A stretch of 64,000 bases of DNA from Synergistales bacterium (GCA_963666205.1 OY762654.1:1056001-1120000), one strand, 5' to 3'; positions 1 through 10,418 are shown, counted from the stretch's first letter. Translations and numbers: made by a program. The notes: a model not told the origin generated them from the sequence alone.

Positions 1-1
1 G

Positions 2-2044
2 GAAATAACCGGTCCAACCATAGACGGTTCCATATTCACCCCCGACAACCAGGGTCCCGGCCAGATCGAGTTCCTGGACATGACAGGTTCCCAGGTACAG
101 GACGCAACAGGACAGGTCCAGGCACCGGGCCAGCAGATGGGCGTTGATGACAGTAACAAAGACTACGTCTCGGGCGCCCTTCCGTCCGTTATCACCGATA
201 AGCTTCCCCGTTTCGGATATAACTTCTTCAGCAGACCCTCTACCGCCTTTGCACCCGTAAGGAATGTTCCGGTGGGACCCGATTACGTGGTCGGACCCGG
301 TGACACCGTCCGCATCGACATCTGGGGGCTTGAAGAGGGCCATTACACCGTACCCGTTGACCGAAACGGTAACCTTTCCCTTCCCAGGGCAGGCGTTGTA
401 GGTGTTACAGGCCTCACCTTCGACCAGGTGAAAATGGCCGTCACAAGTGCCTATTCCCGCTACTACAGCAATTTCCAGATAAATATAACCATGGGTCAGC
501 TGAGGACCATAACCGTCTACGTTGTTGGCCAGACCAACCGGCCAGGCGCCTATACCCTTTCATCCATGTCCACAGTGATCAATGCCCTTATCGCATCTGG
601 AGGTCCCAGCTTTTCCGGAAGCCTGAGGAACATCCAGGTCAAACGCAACGAACGGATAGTGTCCCGGTTCGACGCCTATGAACTTCTCCTCCAGGGCAGC
701 AAGAAAAAAGACATCCGCCTCATGGACGGCGACGTGCTCTTCATCCCCACCGTGGGTCCCCTGGTGGGCATTACCGGCGACATAAAGAACCCTGCCTACT
801 ACGAACTCAATGGGCAGGCAAGGATCTCCGATCTTGTGGAGATGGCGGGAGGGTTCACCAACCGCTACTTCAAGGGCCGGGTCCAGGTTGACCGCACCAT
901 GGGCAACGAATACCGCACATCCTTCGAGAACGACCTCGCAGGGCTCAAGGAGAATCCTGCAAAGAACATACCCCTGGAGAACGGCGACCTCGTCAAGATC
1001 TACTCCGTTTCCGTCCAGGAATCCAAGATATACCTTTCCGGTGCCGTCGCCCGTCCGGGCCAGTACTCCATCCAGCTGGGCAGAACCAGGGTCGGCGATG
1101 TACTTCGCCGCGCAGGAGGCCTTCTCTACATGGCATCCAATGAGGGCGAGCTCACCCGGGTAAAGGTCACACAGGCCGGCCCCGAAACAAGCCGTTTCCG
1201 CTTCGACATATCAAAGGCCATGGCCGGGGATCCCCAGAGCAACATGATCCTCGATGTCAACGACTACATAACCATCCGCACCGTACCCGACTGGACCCTC
1301 TACCGTACCGTAAGGGTACAGGGAGAGGTGAAGTATCCCGGCGTATACACCATCCAGAAGGGCGAAAGGCTCACAGACCTCATCGAGCTTGCTGGAGGAT
1401 ACACGGATGAGTCTTTCCTTCCCGGTGCGACCTTCACTCGTGCCAGCGTACAGCGCAAGCAGCAGCAAAGGATCGACGAAATGATCGACCGCCTGGAGAA
1501 ACAGCTTTACGGCGCATCCGTTGAAGGTACAGCAACAGCCCTCACAGAAGGGGATGCCCGCATGACCCAGATGGAGACCCAGCAGCGCCAGCGATTCCTC
1601 GACAGGCTCAGGGAAACAAAGGGAACGGGCCGCATAGTGGTGAAACTGCCCGAGAACCCCAGGATGCTCAAGGGAACACCCTATGATATAGAACTCGACC
1701 AGGGAGATACCCTGGTTATTCCTAAAAGGCCCCAGACCGTACAGGTGGTGGGTTCCGTCTATAACCCCATGGCCTTCGTGTACCGTCCCGACCAGCCCTT
1801 CACATACTACGTGAAGCAGGCCGGCGGATATTCATACAATGCCGATACAAAGAGGATCTACATCATCAAGGCCGATGGAACGGCAACGAGGTCCTTTGTG
1901 AACAAGAAACCTGTGACCATCGAAGATGGAGACAGCGTGATCGTGCCGGAGAAGATCGATGTCAAGGGCAAGCTGAGGGATACCAGGGACATCGTGGACA
2001 TCGTGTACAAGGTCGCCGTCGGCGCCGCCGTGTTACTCGACTAA
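2..2044 (+). CDS. Polysaccharide export protein with multiple SLBB domains (Wza/KpsD-like), 5' end outside window
   Basis: Poly_export motif (DYVVGPGDTVRI) plus repeated SLBB units (V.V.G.V..PG.Y); frame is open from base 2 to ATG 80, so the true start lies upstream. Confidence 0.9.
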   Translation, partial: EITGPTIDGSIFTPDNQGPGQIEFLDMTGSQVQDATGQVQAPGQQMGVDDSNKDYVSGALPSVITDKLPRFGYNFFSRPSTAFAPVRNVPVGPDYVVGPGDTVRIDIWGLEEGHYTVPVDRNGNLSLPRAGVVGVTGLTFDQVKMAVTSAYSRYYSNFQINITMGQLRTITVYVVGQTNRPGAYTLSSMSTVINALIASGGPSFSGSLRNIQVKRNERIVSRFDAYELLLQGSKKKDIRLMDGDVLFIPTVGPLVGITGDIKNPAYYELNGQARISDLVEMAGGFTNRYFKGRVQVDRTMGNEYRTSFENDLAGLKENPAKNIPLENGDLVKIYSVSVQESKIYLSGAVARPGQYSIQLGRTRVGDVLRRAGGLLYMASNEGELTRVKVTQAGPETSRFRFDISKAMAGDPQSNMILDVNDYITIRTVPDWTLYRTVRVQGEVKYPGVYTIQKGERLTDLIELAGGYTDESFLPGATFTRASVQRKQQQRIDEMIDRLEKQLYGASVEGTATALTEGDARMTQMETQQRQRFLDRLRETKGTGRIVVKLPENPRMLKGTPYDIELDQGDTLVIPKRPQTVQVVGSVYNPMAFVYRPDQPFTYYVKQAGGYSYNADTKRIYIIKADGTATRSFVNKKPVTIEDGDSVIVPEKIDVKGKLRDTRDIVDIVYKVAVGAAVLLD

Positions 2045-2060
2045 AACCAAGAGCTGTTTT

Positions 2061-2094
2061 ACCGCAGAGGTCGCAGAGAGCGCAGAGGAAACCG
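2061..2094 (+). repeat. Type-A tandem repeat ACCGCAGAG-GTCGCAGAG-AGCGCAGAG-GAAACCG
   Basis: Exact reverse complement at 2416-2449; one-mismatch reverse complement at 3140-3173. Confidence 0.95.
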
Positions 2095-2362
2095 AAAGGC
2101 AGGCATAAAAATTTCGCTGTGTAGGTTTTTATTAATCTCCTGTTTTATACATGCATGACTTGATCCTACTAAGATAAAGGTTGATGTACTTTTGTGCCAT
2201 GGGCATAAAGAAAATCATCAATTCTAAGAGCAAAACATGTAGTTACCTCAGAGGACGCATCGGAAAATTATAAAGAATGCAATGTTGTTTACTCTTTTGA
2301 CCGTTTATTATTCTAGAAGGTTTTGGCGGATTTCATGTAGACAGGAAGTTCTAGGGGGCTAA

Positions 2363-2451
2363 TCGTGAAAAATCTAGTCTGATTTTTCGCAGTAATACAG
2401 ATTTTACAGGTTTAACGGTTTCCTCTGCGCTCTCTGCGACCTCTGCGGTTA
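2363..2451 (-). repeat. 89-bp direct repeat copy 1 (palindrome B + type-A tandem)
   Basis: 88/89 identical to 3087-3175. Confidence 0.95.
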
Positions 2452-2498
2452 GCTAAGGGGTTTAGGTTTCACGGTCGAGAAGGGGTTTTATTCAATTT

Positions 2499-2876
2499 AT
2501 GGAAATTAATGAAATTAGCAAAACAATTATCGACAGTGCTTTCCAAGTTCACAAAGCATTAGGACCAGGTCTCCTCGAAAGTGCATATGAAGCCTGCCTC
2601 TGCTACGAACTCAAGAAAAGAGGATTTACAGTAGAATCCCAGAAAGTTCTCCCGATAATTTACGATGGACAACAAATTGATGTTGGTTATCGCCTGGATC
2701 TTCTTGTACAAGATCAGGTCATAGTAGAACTCAAATCTGTTGAACATATAAATGAGGTACATAAAGCACAGATACTCTCGTATCTCAAACTTGGTAATAA
2801 GAAACTCGGACTACTTATCAATTTCAACGTAGCCAAAATCAAGGACGGGATAACCCGTATCGTCAACGGTTTGTAG
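2499..2876 (+). CDS. GxxExxY family protein (PD-(D/E)XK nuclease-like fold)
   Basis: 125 aa with GPGLLESAYE, YRLDLLV, IVELK and GLLINFN motifs typical of the family. Confidence 0.92.
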   Translation: MEINEISKTIIDSAFQVHKALGPGLLESAYEACLCYELKKRGFTVESQKVLPIIYDGQQIDVGYRLDLLVQDQVIVELKSVEHINEVHKAQILSYLKLGNKKLGLLINFNVAKIKDGITRIVNGL

Positions 2877-3086
2877 GTTTTTTCGTCTTATAATATCAAG
2901 GTTTTGATTTACAAAGAAAATTGTTAATTAGGTTTTATCTAGTTATGCATATTTGAGGGTTTAGTCGGTCAAAATGGGTTGATCATTTTGACCAGTAGAG
3001 ATTTTTATACAAAAAAGATGTTTTTAGGTTTTCTCTGCGCTCTCTGCGGTTAGACAGGATTTAGACTTTAGGGTTGCCGGTTTTAT

Positions 3087-3175
3087 TCGTGAAAAATCTA
3101 GTCTGATTTTTCGCAGTAATACAGATTTTACAGGTTTAACGGTTCCCTCTGCGCTCTCTGCGACCTCTGCGGTTA
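3087..3175 (-). repeat. 89-bp direct repeat copy 2
   Basis: 88/89 identical to 2363-2451; a shorter type-A copy lies at about 3031-3052 and a palindrome variant at 2965-2995. Confidence 0.95.
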
Positions 3176-3212
3176 AACAGTATTTGATTTTAATAGATTT
3201 TGAGGGGTAAAC

Positions 3213-4442
3213 ATGACACCAGAAGAACAACTCGCACAACAAAACAACCAGCAATATTACTACGAAGACGACGAGATCGACATCCTCGATCTGCTCATTG
3301 TCCTTGCCAAACACAAAAAACTCATCCTTGGCCTCACTACCCTATTTGCGGTTCTTTCCATCGCCTATGCCCTCCTGGCCACACCCATCTACCGGGCAAC
3401 CACAAAGATACTGCCCCCCATGGCTGGCAAACAGAGCATGGCCATGAGCATGATCGCCCAGGCAGGCGTACCCGGCTTTGCCGCCGATGCCCTTGGCATC
3501 AAGACCCCCGGAGACCTTGTGGTGGGTATCGTCAAAAGCCGTACAATCATGGATAAACTGATAAATAAATTCGACCTTCAGGCCAGGTATGAATCCGAAA
3601 ACATGGATCTCACCAGAGAGACTCTTTCCACCTCCACTTCTGCCGCAACCGATGCAAAAACGGGCCTTGTTTCCATTTCCATTGAAGACAAAGACCCTGC
3701 CTTTGCTGCCCAGCTTGCCAACAGCTACGTGGAGGAACTGCAGAACTTCATCCAGCAATTAGCCATAAGCGATGCCGCCCAGCAGCGTCTGTTCCTGGAA
3801 GAACAGGTAAAGGAAACCCAGGTAAACCTTTTGAAGGCCGAAAATGAACTTACCGAATACCAGAAAAAAACGGGGATCCTCAATGCCGGCCAGCAGGCAT
3901 CGTCCCTTATGTCTGCCATCGCCACCTTCCGGGCCCGCATATCCGCCAAGGAAGTGGAACTCCAGGCAGCAGAGACCTTTGCCTCTCCAAACAACCCCAG
4001 GATCCAGAAACTCAGGGCCGAGGTCAAGGGCCTTAAAGAACAGATCCAGAAACTGGAAGCCCAGGCAACGGAGGGCAGCGAAGAATCCTTCAACCTAAGC
4101 GAACTTCCAGATGCAGGCATGGAATACCTCCGTAAGATGAGGGACCAGAAGTTCTACGAGACCTTATACGGCATGCTCCTGAGCCAGTTCGAGCAGGCAA
4201 AGATGGCCGAAGCCCAGGAACCTGCCATCATACAGGTTATAGATGAGGCAGTGCCTCCACAGCTCAAGGCAAAACCAAAACGGAAACAGGTTGTGATCCT
4301 TGCCACGGTTCTCGGATTTTTCCTGTCCATATTTATGAGTTTTGTGATGGAATTTATTGAGAATGCAACAACGGATAACGAACGCAATGAAAAATTAAAA
4401 CTGTTAAAAAAACATTTGAGTTTAAGAAAACAGCAGAACTAA
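3213..4442 (+). CDS. Polysaccharide chain-length determinant / co-polymerase (Wzz/GumC-like, no kinase domain)
   Basis: DEIDILDL N-terminus, two TM helices, coiled coil, VIDEAVPP..K.KPKR motif. Confidence 0.88.
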   Translation: MTPEEQLAQQNNQQYYYEDDEIDILDLLIVLAKHKKLILGLTTLFAVLSIAYALLATPIYRATTKILPPMAGKQSMAMSMIAQAGVPGFAADALGIKTPGDLVVGIVKSRTIMDKLINKFDLQARYESENMDLTRETLSTSTSAATDAKTGLVSISIEDKDPAFAAQLANSYVEELQNFIQQLAISDAAQQRLFLEEQVKETQVNLLKAENELTEYQKKTGILNAGQQASSLMSAIATFRARISAKEVELQAAETFASPNNPRIQKLRAEVKGLKEQIQKLEAQATEGSEESFNLSELPDAGMEYLRKMRDQKFYETLYGMLLSQFEQAKMAEAQEPAIIQVIDEAVPPQLKAKPKRKQVVILATVLGFFLSIFMSFVMEFIENATTDNERNEKLKLLKKHLSLRKQQN

Positions 4443-4547
4443 AGTCTGAGAGTAAAAAGTTTTGAATATCATTTCCAGAAGAATCCAAGGATAAGAGCCA
4501 TATTTCACTCGATTCAACGAATACTATCGAGAAAGGAACGTGTACTC

Positions 4548-6011
4548 ATGAATGGCTCAACATATGCAATAAAGAAGGAAGAACATGTTTTTTCGGGGTC
4601 AAGGTATGGCTATCTTCAGCAATGGATGATGCCCTTCACTTTATTGTCTTCAGATATTATGGCTTTCTTCTTCTCATGGGCAATAGCGATAGTTGTTGCG
4701 ACCCTTATGGGTAAAAACATTGCTTTAGCAGACTATCTGAATTTCCTTTATTTCATACCACTATTTCTCTTTGCCTTTTTGCTAAGCGGACTCTATTCCA
4801 GAACAAGTACAAACCCTGTAGAAGAGATCAGAAAATTATCATTGATAACGTCCTTTTCATTCTTTTTTTTGATCACAGGCATATTTATCATGCATCGGGA
4901 AAGCCTCTTCTTTTACTCAAGGTTTACAATTTCCCTGGCAGGGCTCTCATCTCTGGCAATTATTCCTCTATTGCGAAGCTTTACAAGACATCTTTGCGCC
5001 CATAACGCATGGTGGGGGACTCCAGTCCTGATCCTGGGTGCTGGAAAAACTGGACAGATGATCGCCAGAAAAATAAATGAAACACCATCTTTAGGTTTGA
5101 AATTGATTACTATTCTGGATGACGATCATGATAAACAGCTTGATACACTGTATTTCCCTGCATCAGGTCCCATTTCTGATATGCGAAATATAGCTATAAA
5201 CAACAGGCTCTGTAAAGTGCTTATTTGCATGCCTGGAGTGAGTAAAGAAAAAGTCATCTCCATCATGGACGAATGCACCAGGTATTTTAACCATGTGACA
5301 GTGATTCCGGACCTTTTTGGTATGTCTTCTCTCTGGGTAAACGCAAAAGATATTGGAGGGGTATTAGCCCTTGATATACAGAATTCTTCTCTCTCCACCA
5401 GTGCTCAGTTTATTAAGAGGACTGTGGATGTATTTTTGGTACTAACGGGTGGATTTTTGATTCTCCCTCTAATTTTAATTGTCTCTTTATTTGTAAAACT
5501 GGACTCACCTGGTCGTATCTTTTATGGCAATAAACGAGTTGGAAAGAATGGAAAAAACTTTCTTTGCTGGAAATTTCGAAGTATGAAACAAAATGCAGAT
5601 GAATTACTCAATTCCTATTTAGCTAAAGATCCCACGCTTCAAAAAGAATGGGATAAAACACAGAAACTTCAGAATGACCCTCGCATAACAAAGATCGGGA
5701 AATCGCTAAGGAAATGGAGCATTGATGAACTACCCCAACTCTGGAATGTTTTAAAAGGAGAAATGAGTCTGGTTGGACCCAGGCCATGTTTTGAAGAACA
5801 GTTGAAGATGTACGGGAATAATCAACATCTTTATACCAGCGTTAAGCCAGGTATCACAGGGTATTGGCAGATATCTGGAAGAAACTCTCTTAACTTTGAA
5901 GATCGAGTCAGACTTGAGAGATATTACGTAAGCAACTGGTCAATATGGCTTGATATATATATCCTCGCCAAAACGATAATGGTTGTAATTAAAGGCGAAG
6001 GGGCTTATTAA
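4548..6011 (+). CDS. wbaP: Undecaprenyl-phosphate hexose-1-phosphate transferase (WbaP family)
   Basis: N-terminal TMs, GAGKTG domain, KFRSM, DPRIT, DELPQLWNVLKGEMSLVGPRP, KPGITGYWQISGR, C-terminal GAY. Confidence 0.92.
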   Translation: MNGSTYAIKKEEHVFSGSRYGYLQQWMMPFTLLSSDIMAFFFSWAIAIVVATLMGKNIALADYLNFLYFIPLFLFAFLLSGLYSRTSTNPVEEIRKLSLITSFSFFFLITGIFIMHRESLFFYSRFTISLAGLSSLAIIPLLRSFTRHLCAHNAWWGTPVLILGAGKTGQMIARKINETPSLGLKLITILDDDHDKQLDTLYFPASGPISDMRNIAINNRLCKVLICMPGVSKEKVISIMDECTRYFNHVTVIPDLFGMSSLWVNAKDIGGVLALDIQNSSLSTSAQFIKRTVDVFLVLTGGFLILPLILIVSLFVKLDSPGRIFYGNKRVGKNGKNFLCWKFRSMKQNADELLNSYLAKDPTLQKEWDKTQKLQNDPRITKIGKSLRKWSIDELPQLWNVLKGEMSLVGPRPCFEEQLKMYGNNQHLYTSVKPGITGYWQISGRNSLNFEDRVRLERYYVSNWSIWLDIYILAKTIMVVIKGEGAY

Positions 6012-6052
6012 GACGTCGCCCTCAATTAATTAAGGCTACATGGTGAACTTAC

Positions 6053-6610
6053 TTGAATAAAAAAATTATAGATTTAAGTCAAGCTGGATATGGGAAATTT
6101 AAAAGGACGAGATCCAAATGGATTGAGGCTTTATGGATTATAGTGGAATTTTGCTTTGTAACAAATCCCATACAAGTTTCAAGTAAATTACGTATTCTGC
6201 TTATCAGGATGTTTGGAGGAAAAATCGATAAAAATGTAATCATGAGGCCCAGAGTTCGGATCAAGTTTCCTTGGAATCTGGAAATCGGAAATAACTGCTG
6301 GATTGGTGAAGGTGTTTGGATACATAACCAGGATAAGGTCTACATTGGCAATAATACAGTTATTTCACAAGAGGCATTTATAACAACTGGTTCCCATGAT
6401 CATTACAAAACCATGGATTTGATCACAAAACCAGTCAGGATTGGTTCTGGTGTCTGGATAACCTCCAGAGCAATGATATTGCTAGGTGTTTCAATAGCTG
6501 ATAATGCAATAATTACACCCAACAGTGTTGTACATCGAAACATAGAAAAAGCCGGAATTTATTGCGGAAATCCTGCTGTTTTGATAAAAGAGAGGAAGAT
6601 CACAGATTAA
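6053..6610 (+). CDS. WcaF-like acetyltransferase (hexapeptide repeat)
   Basis: IKFPWNLEIGNNCWIGEGV, SQEAFITTGSHD, GNPA motifs. Confidence 0.85.
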   Translation: MNKKIIDLSQAGYGKFKRTRSKWIEALWIIVEFCFVTNPIQVSSKLRILLIRMFGGKIDKNVIMRPRVRIKFPWNLEIGNNCWIGEGVWIHNQDKVYIGNNTVISQEAFITTGSHDHYKTMDLITKPVRIGSGVWITSRAMILLGVSIADNAIITPNSVVHRNIEKAGIYCGNPAVLIKERKITD

Positions 6611-7853
6611 TCTTCTTGTAATAAGTCTTAATTATGCACCGGAACTTGTTGGTGTTGGAAAGTATTCTTCGGAAATGTGTTCCTGGTTTGTATCGAGGGG
6701 GCATTCAGTAGATGTCATAGCCGGATTACCACATTACCCCGAGTGGGAAATACATCAAGAATACAAGAATAAAGGATTCTACACAGAAGCGATTGATGGA
6801 GTAAATATTTTAAGAGTACCCCATTTTGTTCCTCCAGCAGATAGAGTTAATGCTAAAACCAGAATTAAACTTGAAACAAGCTTTCATTTAAAATCATTGA
6901 GATATGCGTTGCCAATTTTATTCAAAAAGAAGAAATACGATGCTGTTATAGCAGTCTGCCCTCCAATGCAGTCAGGTTTGTTCCCAATGATATACAAGAT
7001 CTTTAGAAATGTCCCATGGATATTTCATGTACAGGACCTCCAGGTAGATGCCGCCCTAAATCTTGGTATTTTAAAAAATCACACTATCATTAGAAAAATG
7101 CTATTTGGGATTGAAAAAATGCTTTTTAAAAATGCTACAAAGGTTTCAACGATCACTGATGCGATGAAACAGAAGATCATTAATAAAGGTATTGATCCAA
7201 ACAAAATGGTTCTTTTCCCAAATTGGGCTGATCTGGATTTTATTAAACCTATGGATAGAAATAATCCCTTAAGAAAAGAATTTGGCTATACAGAAGACGA
7301 TACTGTAATCATGTATGCCGGTAATATGGGTGAAAAACAGGGACTCGAAATAATTATTGATGCAGCATGTCATTTTACACAAGATTCAAACATCCAGTTT
7401 GCCATGGTTGGCGACGGGACTGCAAAAAAAAGGTTAACTAAATTAACTCGAGACAAAGGGCTTACCAACCTTCATTTTTTCCCATTGCAACCTCTTCAGA
7501 AATTACCGAATCTCCTAGCCATGGCAGATATTCATCTGGTTATCCAAAAAAGGGAGGCTTGTGACTTAGTTATGCCATCGAAATTAACTAATATTTTGGC
7601 TGCTGGAAGACCTATTATAGCAACTGCAAAATATGGAAGCCACTTATATCAAGTTATTGTTGAAAACCAATGTGGTTTGGTTTTAAAGTCACACAGGACA
7701 GTTGAACTAATTGAAGGCATCAAAAATCTCACCAATCAAGCCCTGATGGTAGAACAAATGGGACAAAAATCTCGATTTTATGCCATAAACTATTTTGATA
7801 AAGAAAAGATCCTCCAAGAAATGGTATATAACATAAATCGGATAATGACCTAA
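6606..7853 (+). CDS. WcaI-like GT4 glycosyltransferase, probable ATT start
   Basis: In-frame extension INLLVISLNYAPELVGVGKY matches the WcaI N-terminus; HVQDLQVDA, YAGNMGEKQGLE and MPSKLTNILA motifs; ORF track starts at 6675. Confidence 0.85.
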   Translation: MNLLVISLNYAPELVGVGKYSSEMCSWFVSRGHSVDVIAGLPHYPEWEIHQEYKNKGFYTEAIDGVNILRVPHFVPPADRVNAKTRIKLETSFHLKSLRYALPILFKKKKYDAVIAVCPPMQSGLFPMIYKIFRNVPWIFHVQDLQVDAALNLGILKNHTIIRKMLFGIEKMLFKNATKVSTITDAMKQKIINKGIDPNKMVLFPNWADLDFIKPMDRNNPLRKEFGYTEDDTVIMYAGNMGEKQGLEIIIDAACHFTQDSNIQFAMVGDGTAKKRLTKLTRDKGLTNLHFFPLQPLQKLPNLLAMADIHLVIQKREACDLVMPSKLTNILAAGRPIIATAKYGSHLYQVIVENQCGLVLKSHRTVELIEGIKNLTNQALMVEQMGQKSRFYAINYFDKEKILQEMVYNINRIMT

Positions 7854-8006
7854 TTGTGATGGATACATAAATATAGATAAAAATGCAAATTATCCCTGCT
7901 AGGAATTGGTAACTTATTTCCCTAAAAGAATATGAATTGACCTTAGGTTTTACTATTTGTAAACACAAGATTTCTCGTAGTATTAAATTATTAGTATGAG
8001 AAAGGA

Positions 8007-9125
8007 ATGGAAATGAAAGAAGAAGACGGCCGCGTAAAGATCGTGTTATTATCACCTCTCCCACCTCCATCCGGAGGTATTGCTACTTGGACAAGCTCTA
8101 TCTTAAGAAGCAGATTGACCAAGCACTATAAATATATTCTTGTTAATACCAGGATAACAAGTCAAAGAGGGACGAGTGAATCATGTTGGCAATTTCCTTT
8201 TAGTGAATTAGCTAGAAATGGAAAGATAATCTTTAATTTTCTTTATGCTATTTTTTATCATTCACCTAAGCTTGTCCATATAAACAACGCTTCATGGAGT
8301 TTTGGTGGTATTTTCAGGGATTTACTCTTAGCTACCATATCAATAATTTTTAGGAAAAAAGTAATCATTCATTTTCATGATTGTTTAGTGTATCGACCAA
8401 AGTCTTTGTTCTATAGATTTTTATTAACTCAGTTAATTAAAACTTCAACTCTGATTATCACCTTAGACAAAAAATCAGAGAAATTTATAGAGAATCTTTC
8501 GATAAAACATAAGAATTATAGTTTCTCTCTATGTAACATTCCAAATTTTATTGACAATAACAAAATATTACTAGATTCAGAAAATATGCATTCAATAAAG
8601 AATGTCAAAGTTTTATTTGTTGGAAGTATAACAAAAAACAAAGGATGTCGCGACATCCTTGAAGTTGCAAGATCATTACCAGAGATACAGTTTACGCTTA
8701 TTGGTAAGGTCCAGTCAGATATGATCGAATTGGTCAGAAAAATAGCTGAGCCCAACATTAAGTTTATCTCTGAAATATCGAATCGAGAAGTATTGAAAGA
8801 AATGCAAAAAGCCAATATTTTTTTGTTACCTTCATATAAAGAAGGATTCCCATTAGTTATTCTTGAAGCAATGGCAAACAGATTACCTGTAATAGCAACA
8901 AATGTAGGAGCTATACCTGAAGTTATCATTCAAAACAAGGGTGGATATGTGCTTAAACCAGGTGATGTTCAATCGATGAAAGAATTGTTAACAAAACTTA
9001 GATTAAACCTAGATTTAAGGTTGGAAATGGGTGAGTTTAATTTTGACTTTGTTTCTAAGAAGTTTCTTCTGTCAAACATTGAAAAATACCTTTACGAAGC
9101 ATATCAGAAAGTCCTCTCGAAATAA
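8007..9125 (+). CDS. GT4 family glycosyltransferase
   Basis: SPLPPPSGGIATW N-terminus; EGFPLVILEAMA (EX7E) motif. Confidence 0.88.
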   Translation: MEMKEEDGRVKIVLLSPLPPPSGGIATWTSSILRSRLTKHYKYILVNTRITSQRGTSESCWQFPFSELARNGKIIFNFLYAIFYHSPKLVHINNASWSFGGIFRDLLLATISIIFRKKVIIHFHDCLVYRPKSLFYRFLLTQLIKTSTLIITLDKKSEKFIENLSIKHKNYSFSLCNIPNFIDNNKILLDSENMHSIKNVKVLFVGSITKNKGCRDILEVARSLPEIQFTLIGKVQSDMIELVRKIAEPNIKFISEISNREVLKEMQKANIFLLPSYKEGFPLVILEAMANRLPVIATNVGAIPEVIIQNKGGYVLKPGDVQSMKELLTKLRLNLDLRLEMGEFNFDFVSKKFLLSNIEKYLYEAYQKVLSK

Positions 9126-9231
9126 AAGCTAAGTACAGAGAAAATAGGTTTTCAAGAACCTTTTGGATTATAACATTGATTGATTGATTGATTTCTTGAA
9201 CAGTACCAAGAGATCGGATTAATAAAATTGG

Positions 9232-10359
9232 ATGGTGAAAGATTTGCGAAAAGTCCTCTTTTATACTGGGAGTCTGGCATCAGGGGGGGCAGAGAGACAG
9301 TTGATATACACTGCGCTATCCGCTCAATTAAATGGTTATAAGGTGCTTATAGTAATCGATCATGACCACTGCGACTACACCAAAATGTTGGAAGGTACAA
9401 ATATTGAAATCTATTGCACTCATTCGAACAAGTACAATCCAATAAAACGTTATATTAAATTAAATGGAATAATACAAGAATTTAAGCCTGAAATTTTCCA
9501 TTCATTCCTAGCAAACAAAAATTTATGGGGTATGTTATTAGCATATTTGAACAAAGTTCCGATTAAAATTGCCTCGATAAGAAACACTAATTCTTCAGCT
9601 TTTAAGGGAATTCAATTCTACAACAAATGGGCAGACAAGATAATATGCAATTCAAGGTTTGCATATGAAATTGCTCATTCCACATACGGAGTCCCAAGAA
9701 AAAAATTGGAAGTCATCTATAATTGCATCGATATGGATCGCTTCAACAATACAATGATCTCTCTAGATATAAAACATAATTTGGGACTTTTGGACAACAC
9801 CAAACTTGGTATAACTGTAGCTCGTTTTTCCAAACAGAAAAATCATCTGGGTTTTGTCAAAGCTTTTAGTAATTTTGTTGGAGAAAATTCAAGTGTTTGT
9901 CTGCATCATTTGTTTGTAGGCAATCAAAAAGATATAAAAATAGTGCAGCCGGTAAGAGCAACCGTTGATACCTTGAATTTATCTGAAAACATAACCTTTT
10001 GGGATACCAGAGAAGATATTCCAGAAATAATAAAAGCCTGCGATTTTCTTATACTCCCTTCTCTATATGAAGGTTTTCCAAATGTTGTTATGGAAGCGAT
10101 GGCTTCAAAAACATTTGTAATTGCAACAGCAGTAGGGGGTATACCAGAACTGGTTAAGCATATGGAAAATGGAATCTTAATTCCTAGCCCACGTGCAAAA
10201 GATATTGCAAAATCAATTGAATTATATCTCTCTCTTTCTGCTGAAAAAAAAGAACGAATAATTAATCAAGCATATATCGATATACAAAGCTACGGTATTG
10301 AAAACATGTTTAGACAAACTGAAGAGCTCTACACAGTATTTAATTTCTCCATAGGATAG
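9232..10359 (+). CDS. GT4 family glycosyltransferase
   Basis: GGAERQL N-terminus; EGFPNVVMEAMA motif. Confidence 0.88.
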   Translation: MVKDLRKVLFYTGSLASGGAERQLIYTALSAQLNGYKVLIVIDHDHCDYTKMLEGTNIEIYCTHSNKYNPIKRYIKLNGIIQEFKPEIFHSFLANKNLWGMLLAYLNKVPIKIASIRNTNSSAFKGIQFYNKWADKIICNSRFAYEIAHSTYGVPRKKLEVIYNCIDMDRFNNTMISLDIKHNLGLLDNTKLGITVARFSKQKNHLGFVKAFSNFVGENSSVCLHHLFVGNQKDIKIVQPVRATVDTLNLSENITFWDTREDIPEIIKACDFLILPSLYEGFPNVVMEAMASKTFVIATAVGGIPELVKHMENGILIPSPRAKDIAKSIELYLSLSAEKKERIINQAYIDIQSYGIENMFRQTEELYTVFNFSIG

Positions 10360-10418
10360 CGCTGTCATAATCTCCCCCAAAAGGAACTTACCTAATCAAT
10401 AGCAACATTAGGAGGATT

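Larger units (their letters stand above)
2042..3192. mobile_element. Putative repeat-bounded GxxExxY cassette between wza-like and wzz-like genes
   Basis: About 53-bp imperfect inverted repeats at 2042-2094 and 3140-3192; 89-bp direct repeat at 2363-2451 and 3087-3175; no target-site duplication seen. Confidence 0.5.

Noticed and set aside
2410-3180. GTTTAAC...GTTAGCT/GTTAAAC as integron attC sites
   Set aside because: Core-like heptamers are present, but the interior is a direct tandem repeat, not a palindrome; too short and no integrase in the window
3024-3314. ORF 3024-3314(-) and similar ORFs 24598-24846, 29403-29591, 29667-29906, 29426-30415, 37187-37621
   Set aside because: Translations of the repeat DNA (TAE.AE.AE, PQRTQ patterns) or antisense overlap with real genes; the 9-nt period keeps frames open
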